Source of the DNA: Oopsacas minuta
Taxonomy: Eukaryota; Animalia; Porifera
Direction of reading: 5' to 3'
Assembly: GCA_024704765.1 (NCBI GenBank)
Contig: JAKMXF010000044.1
Location: forward strand, 248,001-312,000
Length of the DNA stretch: 64,000 nt
The stretch's first letter is position 1, and the number at the start of each line of letters is the position of its first letter. The notes beneath the pieces were generated by a model that was given only the letters and a program-made list of their open reading frames with translations, was not told where the DNA came from and searched no databases. The translations under genes and the position numbers were made by a program. Of this stretch, positions 28,607-43,266 are shown piece after piece.

Positions 28607-31600
28607 CACAGTGTGACAAAATGGCCATAATGGGGAAATAGCTAAGTGAATCTGTATTATCACCACAATTATACTTACATATACTAAATCGACACTGTAG
28701 ATTTCAAAAATACCAATGATTTTTTAGTAGTACGACTATAAACCTAATTATCACGTAATTACAGATATTTTCTACTTTTTAACACTTGTGGTTCATTAGT
28801 GAGGATATTATGAAAGTTGATAATACATGCATATCATGGTCTCTATTCTGCTTTGATAAGGTACAATTTAAAGACCCTTGATTATGTATGACTATTGGAT
28901 ATACTTATTATTATAAACCATCTGATAGTATACTATTATATAATATTTCTTGGAGGCTGTTTGCAACGTCTCTTTTCTTCTTTGTGTGCTTCAAACGGTT
29001 CTGTACCAAGATGGGGTTACTACAACATTACAACCTGACTAAAATATCTCTTACATTATCTGTGAAAGAAGTTTTTCTTGCCAGATTCTCTCGATACCGC
29101 CTTACAAATTTATTGCAGGATTCTAAACATTTCACACAGAGATTCTGTAATCCTTTACCATTATTGTAAGCACCTATTTACTGAAACGAATGGGCAAGTA
29201 ACTTGTGCAAAGATGGAGTGATGCTTCCCCATGGGTACTCAACTAGAATAAATTCGTACGTTTCTTTGCATAATTCTTGCATTTTGTCACAGTTAATCAA
29301 GTCACCACTATTGAGGAGTCTTAACAAAACAGATGGATTTGTCTGGACCTCCTTAATGATATTTTATCTGAAGGATTAATGGGAGAAGTGGCCCAGGTCA
29401 AAAAATCTCTCTTATTTAAAAAGCAGTCTCGCGCAATGTTACCAGTGGTTGAAATGCCGCTCTGACTTGAAGGGATATTGACACTGAAGTTACATCTTCC
29501 CTGGAGTATATCTCGAACCCGTTTCATTGAAGAATTTACTTTCGAGTTTGATGGCACACATACCTTGTGTCCTGCATCAAGATGGTATATCGATAGCATG
29601 AACCACCTGAATACACAAAGGTAAGCATGCAAAGGAGACGCAGCTATAATATCGATGTTAGAAGTTGGTTGATGCGTAATACCAACACGTTGATTTGATG
29701 GGAGGTTCAAGTAATCTTCATCAACCTCTTCAAAAAGTTGCCGAGCGTCGCTAATTAATCTGTTAATAGGGAAACCAGAATTGACCCATTCTAAACTTTT
29801 AATTTGGTTATCCGTTGCAGTACACAGATGACAAGAAGCCCCACCAGCTCCATCCAGCAATCCTGCCATCTTGGTATCAAAAAAAGAACGGACTATCTCG
29901 ACCTGTGCATGGCTTCCAATAAGAGATAACCCATCCTGTATGATATGGTCTGTTTGAGGATTGACTATTGTATTCATGATAAGCTTTACTAGACTATTCT
30001 TCTTTCAAAGCTATCAGTGCTACTGGCCTAAAGCGGAACGGAGAGTTGGGTGAGCTGTTATAGAACACGTCATTTCCAAGTGTGTCTGTAATTGATATTA
30101 CTTTGAATCCGAACAAAATGAAAGTTTTTGTGCTTAATACAGAATTGTTGCTTTATTGGTTATAGGTTTGATGACAACCGGGCCATCCAATCCATCAGAT
30201 ATCTTAATTTTGAGTGGGTAGTGTGAATCAGGATTTGGGTCTAATGTTGAAAGCGAGCGTTGAATGGTCAGACTAAGGATGGAATGATAAGAGACCCAAG
30301 TCCCAATTGACAATGCTTCGGGGTCACTAACTATTTCCATTTCATTTATTAGGCTAATTTCCCTATGATATTGCGGGACAAGCTTATAGGAAGGAAGTTT
30401 GACATCACCTTTGAGAATTCTTTTCAGATTCGTGTATTACTCACCCTAATTTCTAAGCTGTCCAATATATAAGCACATTTAGAGATTTGTACTTTGTTTA
30501 ATACACCGCTGAAAGATCCCTTATCAATTATTTCTCTGCATATATCAGAAATATCACGGTCATAAGATTTTTTTGAGACTAATTCTAAAGCTAGAGCGAG
30601 TAGTTGTTTAGGCTCAATCTTTTCTCTCTCTGCTATAAAGTCCTCATGCTCTAAAAGAACACCAAATCTCGATCTGGAAGTCTTCATGTGACATTCGAGA
30701 ATATGCTTCCGGGATTCAGTTACAATCTGTTCTGAAAAGTTTCGATTTTCAGAATCAGTGACTAAAGAATATTCTGGACAAGCGATATTCTCTTTCTTGG
30801 ATTGGATATTGTTAGATGAGTAGAGTGGAAAATCATGTTATCCCATGTTTTAAGATCCTTCCTGCGGTTAGCCTCTCTGGATGTTAGAAGTGATTTAAAT
30901 TTTAAATGGAGAGTAGCAGTTTCTTCATCGGATAAATGGTTGTTCTCAATAACTTTCCTTACAGAGACTAACACTTCTTCCATTCGAAATATACAAATTA
31001 TATACCTCATTGTTCGTGATTAGTACAGACATGATCGCAAAAGGCCTACATTAACATAGAAACATTATGATATATGATTGTAGAGCATTGGAATAACTAA
31101 TACCCAGCGAAATGTAGAATTTTAATGAAAAAATTTAAAACGTATGAAAAATATATTTTCGGATTTTTGTCCGGTCCGGACAATGAATGACGTGATAAAT
31201 TTTTGGGCAGCTTTGGCAAGCCTGGAAAGTGATTAAATAGTTGACTAAATATAGTAACATTACGTATATATTAATGACGTTTTGTCAAATTTTGTCAAAC
31301 AAGAGATGTACACTTCAATCAATGAGAAAAAATTCCAAATTATAACTTTGGGAGGGCCAAACTAGACAACCGGGAAAAGTACAAATGAATATCTAGACTA
31401 ACCTATCAATGATTAAATTGTTCTTATAATATAGATTTATTTTCAGAAGATATTTTTACTCTTATATTTAGTATTTACATCAATTATGATTACATACACT
31501 AGAGCATAGGAATTTCCGGTTTGAAAATATATATTTCCATTATTAGAAACACATAACAAAGTTGTGCGTGGTTAGGATTCCTAACTGCTTCTAATGCTGG

Positions 31601-31699
31601 CAATAATATTCTCGTATTAAGTGAACTATGGAGAATTCGAAAAACGCATTGAAATATGTTTTTTAAAATATGCCTATTTCCTGATACTGCCACACTGTA
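28607..31699 (-). mobile_element. RAG1-like / Transib transposon copy A
   Basis: Starts CACAGTG at 28607 and ends CACTGTA at 31699; 5-bp flanks CAATG/TAATG; carries a RAG1-core-like pseudogene. Confidence 0.88.
28912..31010 (-). pseudogene. RAG1-core/Transib transposase pseudogene
   Basis: KIKISDGLDG (D600-like), PNSPFRFRPVALIALKEE, FFDTKM..ASCHLCTAT (D708 and CxxC), SPLHAY, STTGNIARDCF, PWGSITPSLHKLLAHS (Zn His pair), CLESCNKFVRRYRENLARK (E962-like). Several stops and frameshifts. Confidence 0.88.
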
Positions 31700-32049
31700 T
31701 AATGATTACAAATATCTTTAACGATCATTTTGCCTCGAAAGCAGACTGTCGTTCAGGAAATTTTGATTCAAAGCACCCCAGACTTCCATTTATTAGAAGG
31801 AAAGTGTTAATTGATCCATGAGTCAAGTTTTAGTTAATGCCACTGACTGTAGAAAGATCAAAAGTATTCTATCATAAAAATTATTCAATCGGTAGTGACG
31901 AAAAGGGCCTCATAATGGTGAAACTGTTAACTACGGAAAAAAGCCAGCTGACATATATCCTAAATTGGATACAGAATTTTCGTGACAGGACTTTTCACTG
32001 CGGGATAATTGGTGTCCAAAATTAAATGTGTTGGGCAAGCGGTTGAGTA

Positions 32050-32720
32050 TAAATCATGTACTTTGTTCCAAATGTTTGCTAATGGTTCTTACGCCTTGTT
32101 TGCTAGCAATACGTATAAACATGGGAAAATATGACAAGTGAATATCAGATCTGGCCGTCCTGTCATAACATATCAAGTGCAGTTGATAAAACAAGCTGGG
32201 CACGGTTTTAACGATGGAATCTGCTAACCAGACAGTTGCAGATGAGAATAAATCCACATTAGCTAGAGTGCCGAAGATCACCATTCTCTAATTTCCACTT
32301 TGCGCTCCAGAATCGTAGTGTAAAAATTGTTGACCTTGCTTTGTTGTAGTAGCTTTCTGGTATCTCGAGATACTGTAGTGATAGTGTTTTAAGCTGAACG
32401 TTTTCGGATTTATTTCTGCCCACATTATTTTCTTCAAGTTATTTATTTGGGGTAGATGACAGCAGATTGCTCATTCAATTCGCCAATTGAAACTGTTAAG
32501 ATTTAATGCGTTGCTTCCTTGCTTTCAGAAGCTTTGTGTTTTAGTTCAGCTTTAGCTTGATTGTTGTAGAATATATAAGTATTACTCTCGCGAGGATGAA
32601 TACTCTTTCTGGATATACTTCATTCCACTTAGTATATCACCTGCTTTGCAGATATTTCTGTGAACACGCTGCCATTGTGTGACATTTCCTGTAACATGGT
32701 GTTTCGTATAAGGAATTTTG
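32050..32720 (-). pseudogene. MULE (FLYWCH-type) transposase fragment
   Basis: QGQQFLHYDSG..RMVIFGTLANVDLFSSATVWLADSIVKTVPSLFYQLHLI matches the FL.YDSG / W..DGTF..P..FYQL pattern. Confidence 0.65.
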
Positions 32721-32876
32721 TACAACTCCTCAAATACAAGAATGCAGGAATAATAAATTTAGCGATATACAGTTTTAGGATAAATTCAAAATATGGCAAC
32801 ATAATTTAATATCCAAGCATAGAAAAACATAATTTTTTGGTTTGTAATTTTCGTAATTCTTTGGAAATACCCTCTT

Positions 32877-34035
32877 CAACGGGTGTCCATAAGTTCCCGA
32901 CTCTATCTCATATTTTTGTAACAAACAGAATATACCTGCACAATTCTTATATTTTCTCGAAATACTCACCATTAACATCTATGACTCGTTGTAGACGGTC
33001 TGGCCTTCCAAAAAATACATTTTTCTAGTCTCAGGGCGGGATGTATTTTAGGGATCTCCAAATTACGTTCACTAGGTCGATTCTGGTATCAAAATGCATG
33101 GCCTACAAGGTCCATTTTCAACTTTGCAAAGAGCCAGAAATCACAAGGAGCAAGGTCAGGTAAGTAGTGTGGGTGATCTAGCTCAACAACTCTCATTCTA
33201 TCCAACTCTGACTTTACGAGCACAGTTTTATGTGGCCGTGCATTATCGTGCAATTATCGCATGCCCCTCCGCTCCCAGTAATGTTTTTCCACTTCTGAGA
33301 GGCAACTGTTGGCATAAAAGTTCGCGGTAATTGTCTTCCCCTTTTGCTGTTATAATCTGGGCAACTGGGCCATGTGCATCAAAGAAAACAAAGTACAGGA
33401 CCTTCTGATCTCTGAAGTCCGGCCTAGGATTGAGAGGAGGTGCCTCACCGTTTACGACCCATACCTTATTTCTTTCTTTGGATAGTGGCTCGTCGTATCT
33501 TATCCAAGTCTCGTCACATGTAGTGATTTCTGCCAGTCATCTTTGATACGAGTCTATAAACTCGGAAAGCATTTTCTTGGACAAGTTACCCGATTGTCCT
33601 TTTGCTCCTTTGTAAGGGAATCAGAGGGCGGATCTGGGATGCCCGATTCGTTCCTCATCTTCCAGTGATACTCCTCCTTCCGAAATCGCTTGACCCACTC
33701 CTTCACAGTAGTATATGGAAGGCTAGCATCTCCATAAATGACTTCCAAGTCAATGAGATATTCTTTCGGGCCAATACCAAGGAGTGTGCGAATTTTGATG
33801 TAGGATGTTTGCTCAAATTTTAAATTCGAAGCCATAAATGCTGGAAAACACAAACATAGTCAAAACTGAGAAATTTGAAATAATCGTAACTAGAAAACTA
33901 TTGACGATATAGTGAAAGTTAAAGTTGTTCTGAATAGATAATAGAATAAGGTTCATATGAATACATATGCATAATATAATATCATATATCTTAAAATTCT
34001 ATGACCAAGGTCGGGAACTTTTTGAACGCCCGTTG
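32877..34035 (-). mobile_element. mariner transposon, DD34D, decayed
   Basis: Imperfect TIRs CAACGGG(T/C)GT(C/T)CA..AAGTTCCCGAC. HTH in ORF 33554-33853. TCDETW, then HDNARPH...HPHYLPDLAPCDFWLF with 34 residues between the second and third D. Confidence 0.85.
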
Positions 34036-35329
34036 CAATAATCCACACTGTACATGTATATTCAGGATATTTGCTTTTAAATAAATTTCTTACCTCATCA
34101 TCAGGCCATTTTTCTATTACTTCAGAAATGGATTTTTCATAAATATTATTCTCATGCCCAAGGAATACACTGTGCAATCTTTCGTACAATAAGCTAGAAC
34201 TTGGAATTATCTTAACTGTAAAGTAAATGAACAAATTCAAATATCATAGCATCAATTAGGATAGAATATGTATTTGTCCAAAAACAAGTTGAGAAAACAC
34301 TCGAATTGAATAAATGCTAACGTCATCACATAATTGCGGCTAATCTAGATGAAGGATGGCTGTTTAAACCTTTTAAGTAGTCTAAATTGATTCCTTGGAA
34401 AAAGATCCAATTCGTAACATTGGAGTATGAATTTTTCTTTTATGAAGTATATAAGACTGTCGCATACTTTTTTTAGATTCGGAAGCATGTATAGCCGTAT
34501 TTTAGTAGGCTATGTGAAAATATAACATAACTCCAGTGCATTCTCCGGCTTGTCATGACTCTCTGGAAGTGACCATTGTCTCGTGGAAAGATCTAGAACT
34601 TTTCCCTACGAAAGCGTTTGAATGAAATATATTGAATGTTTATGTGGTAATGATGTTTAATATTTGATGCTTGAGTACCACTGTTACATGATAATGATTA
34701 CTCATACTGATATTTCATACTTTATTTCTCTGACCCTGTTAGGCTTATAACGAACATATGCTCAAATAATCTTTGTGTGGAGTTTGTGATGCGTTATTCC
34801 ACGTCATTAACCTATCTATATTGAATTTACAATGTAGAATATCAAGTTAAATAGGGAGAAAATAATTCAAATTGTATAGCTCCCGACGGGACTTGCGTCG
34901 GGAGTTGGGATAGACAAACGAAATCGGGAGGGTTGGACAGTATGTAGGATATATATCAATCTCTTTTCTTCTCGAAGAATAATCCATAGGTGATAGAGTT
35001 TCCGTAAATATAAATAATTAGGACGGGACTTCTTGTGTTCGAGTGCGAAATCAAAATTCTTTTTGGGAGATCTTCAGCAAGAACAAAGGAATAATCATTG
35101 GATTCATCATCACCGGGAGCCATAATTATATTATGTCTAATTACTGTAATTGACTGTACAATATTTGTAGTAAGTTTATATATAGTTAAGATAAAAATAC
35201 ACTACATTACGAAACTTAGCTAACAAAAGTTAAAGAAAGAGGAAGATACAGCTACCACATCTGAAGACTGTCCAACTTCTTTGTTGCTACATCTAATGTC
35301 GTGTCAGAGAACATCTTCGGAGCACAGCG

Positions 35330-36200
35330 CAACCTTGAGATGTTGGAACACTCCAGTATCTGGTGGCTGAGGGCACTTTCAAGACGAGCCTACAATTTCA
35401 CACAGGTGTAAGTGAAACTCGCGTTACGTGGAGGTCCTGACTCAATAAAGGATGGTCGCTCATTGCCATGTTTTTTTTTACTACTACTCAACAAGACGGA
35501 AGTCACTTACTGGAGAATGTGGGAACAAGTTGAGCTGTTTTACCACAAGTATGCCCACACAAGGTGCTGATGGACTATGGGTTGGCAGCAATCAACAGTT
35601 TCGAGGACATGTGGTCTGGAACTATTCTGGAGGGTTGCTACTGTCACCTAACGCAGAATATGTGGCATAAAGTTCATGCCACAGGAATACAAGCTCATTA
35701 CTACAACGAAGAGCTCGTGTACGCTTCCGACAGAAACCAGCTCTGGTGTTTGATGCTCCAATGATTTACCTGTTTCGTTCAAGTAGCAAGCAGCACTACT
35801 ACCTTCAGCAACACCAAACGATCTCATAGAATGAATCAAGAGGGCATAAATTGGTGCGACAGTCTCAGGCCGTACGAACCATCCAGCACTGTTCCAATAG
35901 GGATGTGGAATAACCAATTTGACTCAGCTTTCTGTATATCTCGGAAATGACCGCGGTGGAAGCATGCCATCGTAGCATTAATGCGACAATCGGGTGTCTC
36001 CATCTCAACATCTCGAAGATCATCTTTGCACTGGAGGAGGTGAACATGCAAAGTACATTGCTGGTGAGCACCCTACCTACCCCATGGCTGTGCTGACTAA
36101 TGAACAGGCTCTGAGGGGTTTTGTTCAGGCGTTTGCACATCGCTCCTTCATAGAACCTTAAGAAATGCAGTATTCAAACTTAATATATTAGTCCTGAGCC
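35330..36200 (+). pseudogene. MULE transposase pseudogene
   Basis: EGTFKTS; MDYGLAAINSFEDMWSGTILEGCYCHLTQNMWHKVHATGIQAHY (DFE.A..NA / GC.FHL.Q pattern); downstream PIGMWN. Confidence 0.75.
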
Positions 36201-36488
36201 AGAAGGGTTTTCGGAATCATCTCGGGGGATTAAATCTCCATGGTTATTTTGAAATGGTGACCATTCGTAAAATCAGAAAATAAGTGATACAGCCGATTGA
36301 TGCTAGCTTTTGTTTGCTAGAATCTTCCGAGATGAACTGTGATATCGAGGAGGAAACTAATTCAAATTTATCTAACTTTCTTAAATACATTTTGAGAATT
36401 TCTGTTTTCTAACATAGGCAGTATGCAGTATGAGCAGTTTATGAGTAATAATATTTAACTTTAGTGTAATATAATCATTGGCGATGGC

Positions 36489-36637
36489 CATAGGCGTAAA
36501 TCCCGGGGGGACGGGTGGTTCAAATTACCCATCTTTGAAGAATTTGGGCTGATTTGTGGGAATTTAGGGCTGATTTTTCCTCAAATTACCAGATTATGAA
36601 ATTGGTCCCCACTTTTGATTATGGATCTACTCTTTTG
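36489..36637 (+). mobile_element. hAT MITE
   Basis: CATAGGCGTAAATCC ... GGATCTACTCTTTTG with 8-bp TSD GCGATGGC/GCGTTGGC (7/8). Confidence 0.8.
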
Positions 36638-37319
36638 GCGTTGGCACTCTATCTAAATTCGGAAGCAGGGACTGTGAATTGAGGTAATATGTTCATAAAA
36701 TTAGCAATTCTATTACTTTTGCTGATATCATAATGATACACGTTGACACAAATGAATGTTTTGTTAATACGTCGTACTACCGATAGGCCACTATTCAAGA
36801 TTACATCATAATGAGTAGAGATAGGATATCAGAATGCATTACAATCGTTTGGAAGTCTGACATATACTATAATTGGCAGGATTATTTTGCAGGATAATAT
36901 TTTGCAATTATTCCATATTTATGATATTGGCATCAATGTGGTTGCTGCAATACCTGAAGAATGTGACAACTTTATCATCGAAGGATAGCATGAAATGTTC
37001 TTTAGATCCTTCATTTATAATTCTGGAATCGAAATGTAGGTAGTTAAACTATAAGAAAACGTCAAGGTTGGAGTGTTTTCAAGAGAATAGTGCATATTTC
37101 GAAATCATATGACCTCTTCTCGACCTGTAATATGGTGTTCTGATGTGGTCTTTGGGCAGTATGATCTTTTAACAAAACATATATTTGGGTCAACATGTAC
37201 AATTATGATATCAGCAAGAATAATACAATTGCCAATAGTTATCAATAAATTCGTCACTTCGCAGTCCCGGCTTCCGAATTTAGATAGTGTGCCATCGCCA
37301 AAGAAAGTGGATCCATGAA

Positions 37320-37450
37320 CTAAAGTGGCGGACCCATATAAAAATCTGGAAATTGGGTGTAAACTCAATGCTAAATTCCCATAAATCCCCCCAAATTTCT
37401 TCAAAGGTGGGGAACATGAACCACCCTTCCGCCTGGGATTTAGGTCCATG
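37320..37450 (-). mobile_element. Diverged inverted relative of the 36489 MITE
   Basis: Its reverse complement shares CCCA(T/C)CTTTGAAGAA(A)TTTGGG..GATTT(G/A)TGGGAATTTAG...CCAGATT. Confidence 0.55.
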
Positions 37451-37563
37451 GTCATCGCCTTGGTACATAGAATGTACCATAGATAAACACTGAATAATAT
37501 AATTTTACAATAATGTTCCAATAAGTTTATATATTGTAACCACTAAATTACTCATATTGCGCA

Positions 37564-38065
37564 CAGTGCCGTAGTTAGGGGGTGGTAAGGGGGGGGCTAA
37601 GCCCCCCTAGCAAATTTAACCACTCCGTAAATTTTTGCTAAGCTATATTGATCTTCACTATCTTAGATCTTAAATATTAGTTAAATCAAGAATAATTTTG
37701 TGAATATGTCAAATTGTCTATAAATTGTAGTTATCTAATTCCTCTTGCTAGGAAATATACTTAATTACATGGATGCTTTTATAGCGACCATTGAAATTAT
37801 ATTTTTTGTATTTATTTGACCACAACATATATTCCCTCCAGTTTGATTACATGTTATGTGCAAATAGTAAAATCATTCTTCAATGGCTATAGTCGGCATG
37901 CATAGAAGCAATATTTATGAACTAAGTAATTTTACCTTCCCCCAAAGTAGCTTGGGAGTTTGAGTATGGGCCTACCCAAAAAAATAGATATAAAATCTTA
38001 AGTATCAAAGCCCCCTCTAAAGTTTACTTAATCCCTCCCAACATTACGCCCTGGCTACGGCCCTG
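37564..38065. mobile_element. hAT MITE
   Basis: CAGTGCCGTAG / CTACGGCCCTG with a perfect 8-bp TSD ATTGCGCA. Confidence 0.9.
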
Positions 38066-39929
38066 ATTGCGCACTATCGATGTTAGAAATAGTTGAGCAA
38101 TTGCACCCGCAAATATTACCTATTGTAAACTTATGACCTCAATTTGGTATTTTAAATATTCAAGTATTTGAATGAGCTTTAACTGCTCGAAGTCAATAGC
38201 TTCACGCTTACCATATATTCAAAATGTGTATATAGTGTGTATATACATATTTCTCAATTTTCACAGATAATTAAATTTTACAACATATATTTATAATTAT
38301 AGGAGCCTTTCTTCAAAAATGAATCCTTTGAGTATGCCTCTATCGCCAAATCATAAAAACAGTCAAAGAGCCGCAATGTGTAATATGTAATGATGTGCTG
38401 TCTTCTCAGTCCCTAATTGATCTGGATCCGCCTACTACAATTTCTACTGATAACACGCGAGCCAATCAAATTATCTCTGATACAAAATATACTCAATTCC
38501 CTCGCAACTTTCGCAATTAGGCGAACATTGCTAAGAGGCGAATCGCTAATTCGGGGACACCATAGTTCCTGAGGTCAGGATAACGGTCATCCAGTGAACC
38601 CTGAGTTGTGGTATTTGTCAAATTTAATTGCTTTCCACTGTATTATATATCAATAGAATTTCAAATTTTATATCAATATATGATATAAAAAATGTAGGAA
38701 TGTACTAAAATATGTGGCTAGCAGCATATATTTACCCAAATATATCATTATTTCATGACTTGTAGGACGTTAAATAGTAGATTTTCATCACACCGGTAAG
38801 TTTATGAAATCTATGAATACTTTGGTACAACTATAGAATTGCGCCACTCGAACCTTTCATCCAACATGTAAAAGGCACTCATTCTAGCCTAATCGTGTCT
38901 TATTCCAAACAAATTTCTCTTTCTACCTCTCTTTATATAACTAATTATCTAATGTAAATTTTGTTTTTGAATACATTTACTCAGGTTATATATATTCTGT
39001 TTTGAATTCATTTCCTCTTCTGTATATTACATACCGAAGTGCCTTAACCGAAATAGGACAGTATTATTTTGCGTTTCTTAGCTTTGACTAGCTTTGAGCG
39101 CTTCTAAAGGAATATGTATACAAATTACTAAGCTTTATACAATAAATGATTGCATAGTTCCTTGTGAAGTGTTCGTGGGCGGCACGGACCCACGCACCTA
39201 TCAATGTCATGAAATTTTCTTGCTAAGATATTATAGATGACAGACCATGGAGAATGATCTTGATAACCCTGCGATACATTAACTGGTTCCCAGTGAAGTG
39301 CTAGAATCAGAAACCTAGGGACCAACTGATATATAAATTATACATATATATTATCTAATAGTCAAATGACTAATCAGTAAACCCAGTTAATTGTAAAATA
39401 TTCCTAATAGGCCAGTGTTTCCCCCACAACTAGTTAAGCGAGTCATTTAACGCGGTTTCCGCGCGCTATATTACGTAGTTAGAATACCCCTAAAAGGCCC
39501 ATCTCTTTCAATTAAACAACATATGCCCTTCAAATTTATAGTCACGAAACTAAAGCTTATAGGCCCGTAACATGATCATTTCTTGAGGATAAACAACTTG
39601 ATCCGACTACTAGCCTATATTTTCTAACTAAAAAGAAAGGTATCCTGCCTCCCAGCAATGCCCACAGTACTTGATTCCTCGGGTTTATTAGATATTATCT
39701 AGATATTTAAAGTAGGGATTAAGTGATATTATAATAATTAATAGTGATACAAACAGATTAATTGTCGTAACAAGTCAAAACAACAATTTTGGAGATAACG
39801 AAATATTTGTCAATATTCACCGTTACTAGTAAAGCTTCCTAATCTAATTGTTAAATCTAATGATGTAATGACAATATGCTATATCATTAATTTCAAGAAA
39901 TATGTCTTATGTAAGTAAGACATATTTTA

Positions 39930-41238
39930 CAGGGCGGCTTTTAAGTTCTGTCCCATGATTTTTAAGAACCATTTTTCCATGCTGAGTCTTTGCTATTAGA
40001 TATATCTTATTAGTTTACCTTATTATACTGTATTTAACATAAATATACAGTTTCAGAGTACAATTGTAGAAAAATTTCAATTTTATTAGTGATGGAACGT
40101 GAGAGGTCGGCAATTGTAGAATTATTTACAAAAGAACATCCTTCAAGGGAAATTTTGAAGTTCCTGAAACTCCCTCTAAACAGAAGGAAATTTGTGTACT
40201 GCACTATTAGGCGATACAAAGATACTGGAAAAGTTGAAGATATGGCAAGATCAGGCCGTCCGTGCTCAGTAACCACCCCCCAGCTTAGGGAAAGTCATCG
40301 CCCAGCGAATTCGCCGAAATCCTAGACGTTCCATAAGGAAAATGGCTCTAGATCTGAAAGTATCAAGATGTGCAATGACTAAAGTTGTGAAAAGGGATTT
40401 AGGAATGAGTTCATTCAAGCGTAAGAAGGTACACTTCCTTTCTCAATTGGTAAAGGAAAAAAGGGTTGCAAGATGCAAAGGTGCGTTGGTCCGGTACGCT
40501 GTTGAAAATCTAGAAAAAATATTATTTTCAGATGAGAAAATATTACTATCCAGGAGGCAACCAATGTACAAAAGGATCGTATACTTGCATCATCTCCCTC
40601 CAAAGTCGACGAGAAGTTCAGATATGTTAGCCGAATACAGAACCCTAAATCGGTGATGGTTTGGGCAGGGGTGTCAAAAATGGGCCGGACGCCATTGGTT
40701 TTTGTACCACAAGGGGTAAAAATCAATTCAATTAAGTATCGAGAAATGGTTTTGGAGCCAGGATTGAAGAATATAGGCCAAGACATGTTCGGAGGTACTT
40801 CATTTGTTTTCCAGCAAGACGGGGCGCCAGGACACACTTCTAATGTTACCCGGTCATGGTTACATGACAATTTTCTTGGTTTTAAAATTAATGAAGAATG
40901 GCCTCCTTACAGTCCTGACCTGAATCCCATGGATTATTCTGTGTGGTCAATTCTCGAGACGAAAGCTTGTGTTAACTCTCACACAAGTATCAAGTCACTG
41001 AAGAGGAAACTTTGCCAAGAGTGGAATAAAATTCCCAAAAACCCTCCGTGCTGCTATTGAGGCCTCGCCAAATCGAATTACACGTGTAATACAAAATGAG
41101 GGAGGCTATATTGAATAAAATTCGCGAAATATGATTTGTCTCTGAATCATAAATTAGAGCAATAAATATCATCACCAAGCTATATATATATTGATAAATA
41201 ATAGTTATTGCATGGGACAGAACTTAAAAGCCACCCTG
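39930..41238 (+). mobile_element. maT-type (DD37D) transposon, frameshifted
   Basis: 28-bp TIR CAGGG(C/T)GGCTTTTAAGTTCTGTCCCATG with TA TSD. LFSDEK, then FQQDGAPGH...WPPYSPDLNPMDYSVW with 37-residue spacing. ORFs 40089-41060. Confidence 0.93.
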
Positions 41239-41896
41239 TAAGTTAAATCGGCGGCTCTGCATCCCCACAATATATAGTGAGGGGCCCAACCCCCAGTAGC
41301 CCCTATTCGGCCACCGCTGACAGAAGCAACTATTTTCAACATACAATTTTTGGATTACAACCTCCCAGATTGTATATCGCTTATAGCAGTGTTTCCCATA
41401 GGAGCTTTGGAAAGCTTTAATTTAGGGGATTGAGTGGGTCCTCTGTCTTTATATACGTTTGTACATAGAGTCTTCATTTTTACCGCACTAGAGACTCAAC
41501 AAAATTATTTCTTGCATAATAAATTAGCATGTTGTTGCTCCTGAACCCAATAAAAGAATAACCAAGTACATTGGCTTACTGATTTTAAATGGCTTAGGAT
41601 TGATACGCATCATAAGAGAATCGTGAGGGTTTGCATATTATGTTCTAAATGAGCTAAATTCTCGAAACCGAACTATCGTCGTGATCTCGCTATTAATAAA
41701 TACTTAAGAAGAATTCTATGCTCCACAAGAAACATCTGCAGCTGTGATGTCATTTGATCTGCAACATAGTCTGATGATATGGAATAGAAGAGAAATGTAG
41801 AGGGCAATATGTAATTGATATCATTGAGTTATGAAAGAAGATACCCCGGAATAAAGCCAACAAATTTGCTTGATAAACAATCAAGTTTGAAAAATA

Positions 41897-43261
41897 CCTG
41901 GTGTTTCAAAAAAACAGGCCCCAAATCATGGAGCCATATTTCAGACGATTCTATGTATTCAGATATACCATTGATAACAAGTATAAATATACTACTTTTT
42001 AACAATATAACTAAGGGATAAGGTTGAAATTACTGAAATACCCAACTTATAGCATATGTTCTAGGTGCCCGCCATTAACTTCCATGCATTTTCTTAGTCT
42101 TTTCACAAAATTCTTCATTACATCCATGCACACTGACTTTGGAATTTTTCCCATTTCATCCTTAATGGATGTTTTTAGTTCTCTGATGGTCTGGGGTTTG
42201 TTAGCATATACTTTATCCTTCAAATAGCCCCAAAGATAGAAATCAGTGGGGCTCAGGTCCGGGCTATGAGGGGCCCACTCAAAGGGGGTCAGTCGACTGA
42301 TGATTCTGGTTCCAAAGTGGTTTTTAAGCCATTCCCTAGCAATTAATGAGGTATGGGTAGGGGCTCCATCCTGCTGGAATCATAATTTGGGTAGTAGAGA
42401 GGGTAGAGTGATTCCACTTCTTTCCAGAACTCATTAAGTACCTTGACGTAGGGTTACTTTGTCACAGTCACATTTCGACCATTTTCTTCGATGAAAATAG
42501 GTCCAATGATGCCTCTCGCCCCAATAGCAGCCCACACGGTGCATCTTTCGGAATGTAATGGCTTCTGAACTATCTCTGAAGGCTTCTGAGTACCCCAAAA
42601 TACATTGTTCTTACTATTGACCCGCCCATCCAGCTCAAAATGAGCCTCATCCGAGGTGAAGAGAAGCCCAAGGAATGAGTCACAACTTACAACTTTGGCG
42701 ACCAATTTCTCAGCCATAGCTACCCTCTTGACCTTATCTACATTTGATAGCTTCTGGCCAGTTTGTATTCTATAGGGGATGAAGGACAAATCTTGTTTCA
42801 AGACTCTCCAGAGGGTGGTAGGGGTGACACCAAGAGACTGGCTCCTCTTCCGGATTGACCTTTTTGGGCTGTTTCCAACTTCCTCCCTGACATCATCAAT
42901 AACCTCCGTAGTTCTCTTCCTAGGTCTCCCAGAATGAGTTGGACGCTTGGAATCCTTTGTATTTAGGTTTAGCACGGTCCCATAAGCCCTAAAATGGCTA
43001 ACCCAGGATTGAATCACACTCTTACAGAGCGAGGAAGCTGCCTCAAACTTTGCATGAAATAACTCATTGACCGTCGTAAACGACCTATGTTTGAAGTAGA
43101 ATTCGACACAGAATATGCGGTGTTCCAACTTCCAATTTGGCATGGATGTATTCACAGGAGTTGTTTCTGCCATATAGTGAAGAGAAAATATTGCTATAAT
43201 AGAATACCTGTAGATAGAGAGAAAAAGATGAAACTGGGGCCTAATTTTTTGAAACACCCGG
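41897..43261 (-). mobile_element. rosa/VS-type (DD41D) transposon
   Basis: TIR CC(T/G)GGTGTTTCAAAAAA..AGGCCCC with TA TSD. FTSDEAHF, then FQQDGAPTH...WAPHSPDLSPTDFYLWG with 41-residue spacing. One in-frame stop (~42454) and one frameshift (~42380). Confidence 0.93.
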
Positions 43262-43266
43262 TATAT

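Larger units (their letters stand above)
28400..32000 (+). pseudogene. Old LINE (L2/CR1-like) remnant split by the RAG1-like element
   Basis: Joining the flanks of 28607-31699 with one TSD removed gives in-frame VTEPTMITNIFNDHFAS, typical of the LINE region upstream of RT. Only 28400-28606 and 31700-32000 belong to it. Confidence 0.5.
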
